A stretch of DNA of 64,000 bases, from the NCBI GenBank assembly GCA_965220245.1, contig CBDCPI010000008.1, forward strand, positions 265,264 to 329,263. Direction: 5' to 3'. This DNA comes from Dehalococcoidia bacterium. GTDB taxonomy: Bacteria > Chloroflexota > Dehalococcoidia > Lucifugimonadales > UBA3495. Shown piece after piece: positions 58,502-64,000 of the stretch. Position 1 is the first letter of the stretch. The number at the start of each line of letters is the position of its first letter. The notes beneath the pieces were generated by a model. It saw only the letters and a program-made list of their open reading frames with translations, was not told the origin of the DNA and did not search any database. Made by a program: the position numbers and the translations under genes.

Positions 58502-59035
58502 TTACCCTCCAGCGATGTGCGCAGCCACGTCCGCAACGGCGGCGTGCAATCCCTGATCAGGGTCGAACCTTGGGATGGGCAGCCTCCACAGGCGCTTGTG
58601 CAAGTCCCGTGCCCCAAACAGGCCCCTCGTCATAAGCGGTGTCACAGCATCTCTTAGCGCGGCGCTGTTAATGATTGCCAGCAGATAGTTGGCTTCATCT
58701 ATGTCCCGGCAAGGAATCCAAAACAGCACATTTTCTACCAGGGCGGTGTTGTCATGCAAAATGGCCGCACTGGGCTCACCTGATTTTGAGTACACCACTC
58801 TCACTTGCCCGTCGTCAAAGTTTCTTTGCCATTCCAACTGCGATGACAGCTTATGTAGATAGTCCAGTTGCCCCAGAAGGTTTAGTCTGTTGACCGGCGC
58901 CTTGTTGTCCTCCCACAATCCGCTAACCGTCTGCCAACGCTCTCGCATCCTTCGTTCCAGACTCCCCAACCTGATGCCGCCGAGGCCGTTGTCATCAGCA
59001 AGTATAGCAGGATCCCCGCGCTTCAGGGGGAGCAA
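58502..59035 (-). pseudogene. C-terminal fragment of a DNA-methyltransferase/type IIG R-M-like protein
   Basis: The N-terminal side is cut by the MITE at 59038-59217. The tail FWIPCRDIDEANYLLAIINSAALRDAVTPLM ... LWRLPIPRFDPDQGLHAAV resembles C-terminal regions of large SAM-dependent DNA methylases. The resemblance is from memory only. A further coding-looking tail lies in another frame after 58502. Confidence 0.3.
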
Positions 59036-59037
59036 AG

Positions 59038-59217
59038 CCTTAAGTGGTCAGGGCAACCGCATTCTAAATTACACATTCGTCACTCCCGCGAAAGCAGGAA
59101 TCCAGAGACCGCAATGTAGCGCAATTGGGAACCGCACCGGCGATTTCAGGCAATAGATTCCTGCTTTCGCGGGAATGACGGGAGCGATCTAATTAGAATG
59201 CGGTTGCCCTGCTTAAG
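59038..59217. mobile_element. 180-bp MITE with TIR CTTAAG..CAGGGCAACCGCATTCTAA
   Basis: The ends cagggcaaccgcattctaa (59049-59067) and ttagaatgcggttgccctg (59193-59211) are perfect inverted repeats. Two ATTCCCGC-type hairpins lie inside (59078-59103 and 59156-59181). Confidence 0.6.
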
Positions 59218-60164
59218 AGCCTATCCTAATAATCCGGCAGCCCTGAAAGCAATAAGGGCACAGGCGAAATGAAGAAAGGCGATGTAGTTTCTGGGAAACT
59301 TGTCCCAGCGCACCAGAATGCGCCGGAAGCGGTTCATCCAACTGTGGGTGCGTTCCACCACCCAGCGCCGGGCTTTGAAGCCAGCCTCCTTTTTGATGGC
59401 CTGGGCTTTGATGGCCTGGGCCTCCTCGCCCCGGCTGCGGATGTGGGCGGTGAAGCCGAATTCCTCCAGGGTTCGGCGCACCTCCTCATAGTCATAGCCC
59501 TTGTCCGGGCACAGACCTTGGGGACGCTCCGGAGTGGGCGCCGGGCGCGGCACCGGGAAACTGTCCAGCGTAGCCCGCACCAGTTTCATGTCGTGGCGGT
59601 TGGCTCCGTCCACCGCCAGCCCCACCGGGATGCCCTCAGCTTCGGTCAACAGACTGCGTTTGACCCCGCTCTTGCCCCGGTCCGTGGGGGTTGGGGCCGG
59701 TTTTTTTCCCGCCCAGGGGGGATTTGGTTATCGCCCCGTCCATGCTCAGCCAACTCCAGTCCAGACCCTTCAATTCATCGTACTCTTGCAGGCCCGCCCG
59801 CCACAGCTCCAGGAACACCCCGGCGGCGGCCCACTCCTGGAAGCGCAGATGGGCGGTGGATCCGGAGCAAATGCCCGTGGCATCCAGGGCTTTCCATTGG
59901 CAGCCGGTGCGCAGCACGTAGAATATGCCGTTGGCGCAGGTCCGGTCCGGGACCCGGGGACGGCCTCCGCCCCGGGGATGAGTGTTCACCCGCTGGGGAA
60001 GCAACGGGGCCAGCACTTCCCACAGTTCATCGGATACCTGAAAGGAGCCGGTGGTGGGGTTGACCGGCGCCGCTGGGCCGGCGCGCTTCGGTCGTGGCGG
60101 CTTGGGTTCCTTCGCTTTCGTCATACCACTAGTTTAGCTCGAATTCTGTTTTTAGGATAGGCAC
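59218..60164 (-). mobile_element. IS5-family (IS427/IS1031-like) insertion sequence, copy 2, inverted relative to copy 1
   Basis: Near-identical to 10711-11657; the coding differences are R to Q in orfA and L to P in orfB. orfA is 59636-60124 and orfB is 59221-59649. The flanks, in IS orientation, are CTAA and CTTA, so they do not match. Confidence 0.85.
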
Positions 60165-60390
60165 TTAGAGGTAACGGTATTGACCCCTTCAGGGAAGGAA
60201 CTCGCTAGATTCTGTGAACACGAACCGAGTTTAGAATATTTATCATGTTTCGCCAGATATCTAGAAACACAGAATTGTAGCCTGAAACTGGCTCCGATAA
60301 TTAGCGTGACCCCGGACGGGAGAATGCAGTTCTATGAAAGGGAGTTGCGTACCTTGTGATAAGGATCCTGAGAGTTGAGGTATCCTCACC

Positions 60391-63300
60391 ATGGCCACGA
60401 CTAATGCTAAGCGTCTAATCGAAGTCGCCTTCCCCCTGAAGCAAGTCTCCTTGGATTCGGTGCATGAGAAGAACGTGCGGCATGGGCACATCTCCACCCT
60501 GCACATCTGGCCGGCGCGGCGTCCCTTGGCGGCGTCGCGGGCCGCGCTGATTGCCACGCTGCTGCCGGACCCGGGCGATGCTGAGGAGCGCAAGGACATC
60601 CTGGAGCGCATGGCGGGACGGGTCACCGAAAAAGTGGAGCGCAAGCGCGTCAACGGCCGGATGGTCGAGAAGGTGAAGGAGGAGACGGCCGGGGGCATCC
60701 TACATTGGGGGCGTGAGAATGGGCCGGACCTGGAGTGGTTTCGCAACCAAATCCGCGAAGCCTACGGCGGGCGGGCGCCCAAGGTGCTGGACCCCTTTGC
60801 CGGCGGCGGCGCCATCCCCCTAGAGGCCATACGCCTGGGCTGCGAAGTAACCGCCATGGACATCAACCCGGTAGCTTGGTTCATCCTCAAATGCACCCTC
60901 GAATACCCGCAGAAGCTGGCGGGCCAGACTCGCCCCTTGCCGGAGTTTGCCCTGGCCGACCGGGAGTTCATGGAGGCGTTCCTGAAGGCGAAGGGCTTCA
61001 AGGGGGCCAGGCTGCGGACGTTCCTCGAACGCCTCGGACACGGTAAGGGTGAGGGGCGTCAACTCGGGGAGTTGTCCCAATACGATTCGATAGCCGAAGC
61101 AGACCTGGCCTGGCACGTGCGGGCCTGGGGTTGGTGGGTGCTGGCCCGCGCCCGTCGGGAGTTGGCTTCCTGCTATCCCACCTACGCCGAGTTTCAACCC
61201 TTGACTCCTACCGGAGACGAAGAACGACGCCCCTTGTGGCTCCTTGACCTGGACGAAAACGGCGTTGCCCAACTCGACCCGCTCAACGCGGAGTTCGACG
61301 ACTCCTACCTCAAGGGCCCTCGCAACCCGCGTTGGGTTGCCAAGCCCACGGTGGCCTACCTCTGGGCGCGCACCGTGTCCTGCAAGCAATGCCGGGCCAC
61401 GCTGCCCCTGCTCAAGACCCGTTCCGTTGGCTGTGCAAGAAGGACAACAAGCGCGTCCTTCTGGCGATGGAGCCGAACTCGGACCGGACCGGCGTTACCT
61501 TCGCCGTACAGCCCGATGTGCCCCAACACGGCGGCAACACGGCGCAGCGGCGGGAGCACGATAAGCGCATTGGGGCAGGAACCATGTCCCGGACCGGCGC
61601 AACCTGCCCCTGCTGCGGCGCAATTATGACCATGAGCGACATTCGCTATGAAGGGCAAGCCGGGCGTCTGAGTGCGGTTATGACTGCCGTAGTGGTGGAT
61701 GGCGTTAAGGGCAAGGAAGACCGCTTGCCGATGAACCACGAAATCGAGGTGGCTGAGGTAAGCGAGGAGCAGCTTCAAACCCTTTATGCAGAAATCCCTT
61801 TCGGGCTGCCGGAGGAACCTTTGCCCAGCAAAGAGGCTCTCGGATTTCGTGTCCCACTATATGGCTTCGACACTTGGCGCAAGCTGTTCACAAACCGGCA
61901 GCTATTGGCATTAGCCAACTTCCTAAAGAGTTCGGAAGCCACCGAGCTAATGATCCAGCCAACTAAGGATCAGGAGATATGGTCAGAGAGCATAGATGCT
62001 TGTTTGGCATCGATGTTAGACCGCCTTGCGAATCAAAACAGCGCTATTTGCCGTTGGCATAACAACGGAGAAAAGGTCGAAGGGACGTTTTCCAGGTTTG
62101 CTCTGCCGATGGTTTGGGACTTTGTGGAAACGAATCCGTTGGGATTGGCCACGGGTGGTTATCTGAGTGCGTTGGAATGGGTTTCACGAGTAGTCTCACA
62201 CGCTTGTTCAGCGGCAGACGTTTCTCCCAAGTCTGAAGCCCTTTGTCAGAGCGCTTTAGAATCATTAGGTCAGAAGGTTGACATTATCCTAACTGATCCA
62301 CCCTATTACGACGCCATTCCTTACTCAGACTGTATGGACTTTTTCCATGTTTGGCTTCGACGAGCGACACACGGGCTTTCTCCTGAAATGGACGCCGCGT
62401 TTCAGGAACCCCTTGGCCCCAAATGGAATCATGACACCCGCGACGGCGAGTTGATTGACGATGCCAGCCGGTTCGACGGCAACAGAACACTATCAAAGAA
62501 GAACTACGAAGACGGGATGGCCCGTGCGTTCCAAGCCTGCCACGCTACGTTGCAACCCGACGGGCGGCTTGTGGTAGTGTTCGCCAACAAGCAGCCCGAT
62601 GCGTGGGAGACGTTGGCGGCTGCCTTGATACGCGCCGGATTCGTCGTTGATGGTTCTTGGCCCATCCAAACAGAAATGGGTACTAGGACTCGTGCAATGA
62701 CCTCAGCAGCCCTGGCTTCCTCTGTCTGGCTGGTCTGCCAGAAGCGGCCTCCGGGCTCTCCTGGATGGGATAACATCGTCTTGGGCGAGATGCGGGAGAA
62801 CGTCACTCAGAAGCTGCGTGACTTCTGGGACGCCGGGATTCGCGGCCCCGACTTCGTTTGGGCCGCCACCGGCCCCGCGCTGGAAGCCTTCAGCAAGCAC
62901 CCGGTGGTCAAGAAGGCAAACGCTCCCGACGATGTTATGACTGTTTCGGAGTTCCTGCGCGAGGTGCGGCGGATGGTGGTCGATTTCGTCGTGGGCCGGG
63001 TGCTGACCAAGGGCGGTGAGGAGACGGTGACCGGCCTTGACGACGTGACAACCTACTACCTGCTGCACCGCAACGACTTCGGCCTTGAGGATGCGCCAGT
63101 GGGCGGCTGCATCCTCTACGCACTGTCCTGCAACCTCTCCGACTCGGCGCTGGTGAACCAGCACGACCTTCTGGCACAGTCCAGGAACGGCTCGACAGCC
63201 AACGACCTCGAAGACGACGCCTCCGAGGATGATGAGGGCGAGGACGACAGCGAAGGCGGAAGCGGCGCAAAGGTCAAGCTCAAGCCTTGGCACCGGCGCC

Positions 63301-63599
63301 GGGGACGCAGCCTCGGCTTGGAAGCGCCGGGAGGGCGGACCGCGCCCCTTATCGACCAGGTACACAAGTTGATGCACCTCTGGCGGGCAGGCGACCAGGT
63401 CCGAGTTAACGAGTATCTGGACAGCCGGGGCCTCCAACGCAACGCCCTGTTCCACCAGCTATTGCAGGCGCTCATCGAACTGGCCCCCGCCGGCTCCGAC
63501 GAGCGGACCATCCTGGAAGCCCTGAGCAACCACGCCGCCGCCCACGGCGACGTGCGCGCGCCACGCTACCGGCAACCCCGGCTGGGAGAGTCGTCATGA
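60391..63599 (+). pseudogene. DUF1156-family DNA methyltransferase (defence-island associated), frameshifted
   Basis: The N-terminus KRLIEVAFPLKQVSLDSVHEKNVRHGHISTLHIWPARRP is DUF1156. It has SAM motif I VLDPFAGGGAIPLEA and motif IV ILTDPPYYD. The reading passes from frame 1 to frame 3 at 61420-61422 (LLKTR | FRWLCKKDNKRV), consistent with loss of 1 nt. Confidence 0.7.
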
Positions 63600-64000
63600 T
63601 AACCTCGGTCTGCATGGTCAACTTCAAGAACTTCGCCGACGAAACGCTGAAAGTCGGCCCCTTCGCTGAAAGTCGGCCCCTTCACGGTAATCGTGGGGGC
63701 CAACGCCAGCGGCAAAAGCAACATCCGCGACGCCTTCCGCTTCCTCCACGGCATCGGGCGCGGCTACACCCTCGCGGAGATTCTGGGGGGTAAGTATGGC
63801 CCGGGCGGGCAGAGGGAGTGGGCGGGGATTCGGGGGGCGCCTAATGAGGTGGTTCGCTTCGAGAAGCGTTACCCTTATGAGTCTTCTACGTTCACCATTC
63901 ACTTGGAACTAGATCTGGGAGGAGAAAAGGCGGCCTCTCTGATTAAGGTGGAACTCAATCCGAAATCAGGGTTCGCGGTGTTGGAAGAAGATCTGAAGAC
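63596..64000 (+). pseudogene. AAA (AAA_15/21-like) ATPase, 3'-partial, disrupted by a 19-bp tandem duplication
   Basis: ATGA start/stop overlap with the DUF1156 gene. MITSVCMVNFKNFADETLKVGPF is followed by the duplication, then by TVIVGANASGKSNIRDAFRFLHGIG (Walker A) in the shifted frame, which stays open to the window end. Confidence 0.65.

Noticed and set aside
1-64000. tRNA, rRNA or other canonical RNA genes in the larger intergenic gaps (18333-18546, 39703-40087, 60165-60390).
   Set aside because: No cloverleaf-compatible segments or rRNA-like conserved blocks were recognisable by eye. The gaps are explained by repeats or promoter regions. A tRNAscan/Infernal run would be needed to be definitive.

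Overview
GC-rich bacterial chromosomal window with GGAGG-type ribosome-binding sites; a Chloroflexota-like origin is only a guess. No rRNA, tRNA or CRISPR array was seen.

Layout:
- 1-28.7 kb is mostly catabolic enzyme genes: amidohydrolases, a xanthine-dehydrogenase-family Mo subunit, an FAD oxidase, a GatC/AtzG-like small protein plus amidase, DUF1989, a PuuE-like deacetylase, an aldo/keto reductase, a split methylmalonyl-CoA mutase and a PaaK-like ligase. A hicAB pair, an IS5-family element and a cohesin/dockerin surface-protein pair sit among them.
- 29.3-39.7 kb holds addAB-like helicase-nuclease genes, a DUF45 peptidase with a membrane protein, and a divergent Septu-like ptuAB pair.
- 40-44.8 kb holds hydrolase and propeller genes.
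- 44.8-60.2 kb is an insertion-sequence pile-up: 8 IS copies plus a MITE make up about 63% of 15.4 kb. They shred an uncharacterised three-gene operon that can still be reassembled in frame.
- 60.4-64 kb holds a damaged DUF1156 methyltransferase locus with a translationally coupled AAA ATPase.

Most notable observations:
1. Two unrelated genes, a DsbA/FrnE-like gene and a DUF3179 lipoprotein gene, carry an in-frame TGA exactly at the first Cys of their CxxC motif. Each has a hairpin just downstream. These are candidate selenoproteins that ORF callers split.
2. An IS-riddled operon encodes an orphan protein of about 1,200 aa plus two small proteins, in a decaying defence-island context.
3. Perfect 15-19 bp tandem duplications recur; two of them inactivate genes.
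4. Several MITE and hairpin repeat families occur, some with target-site duplications.
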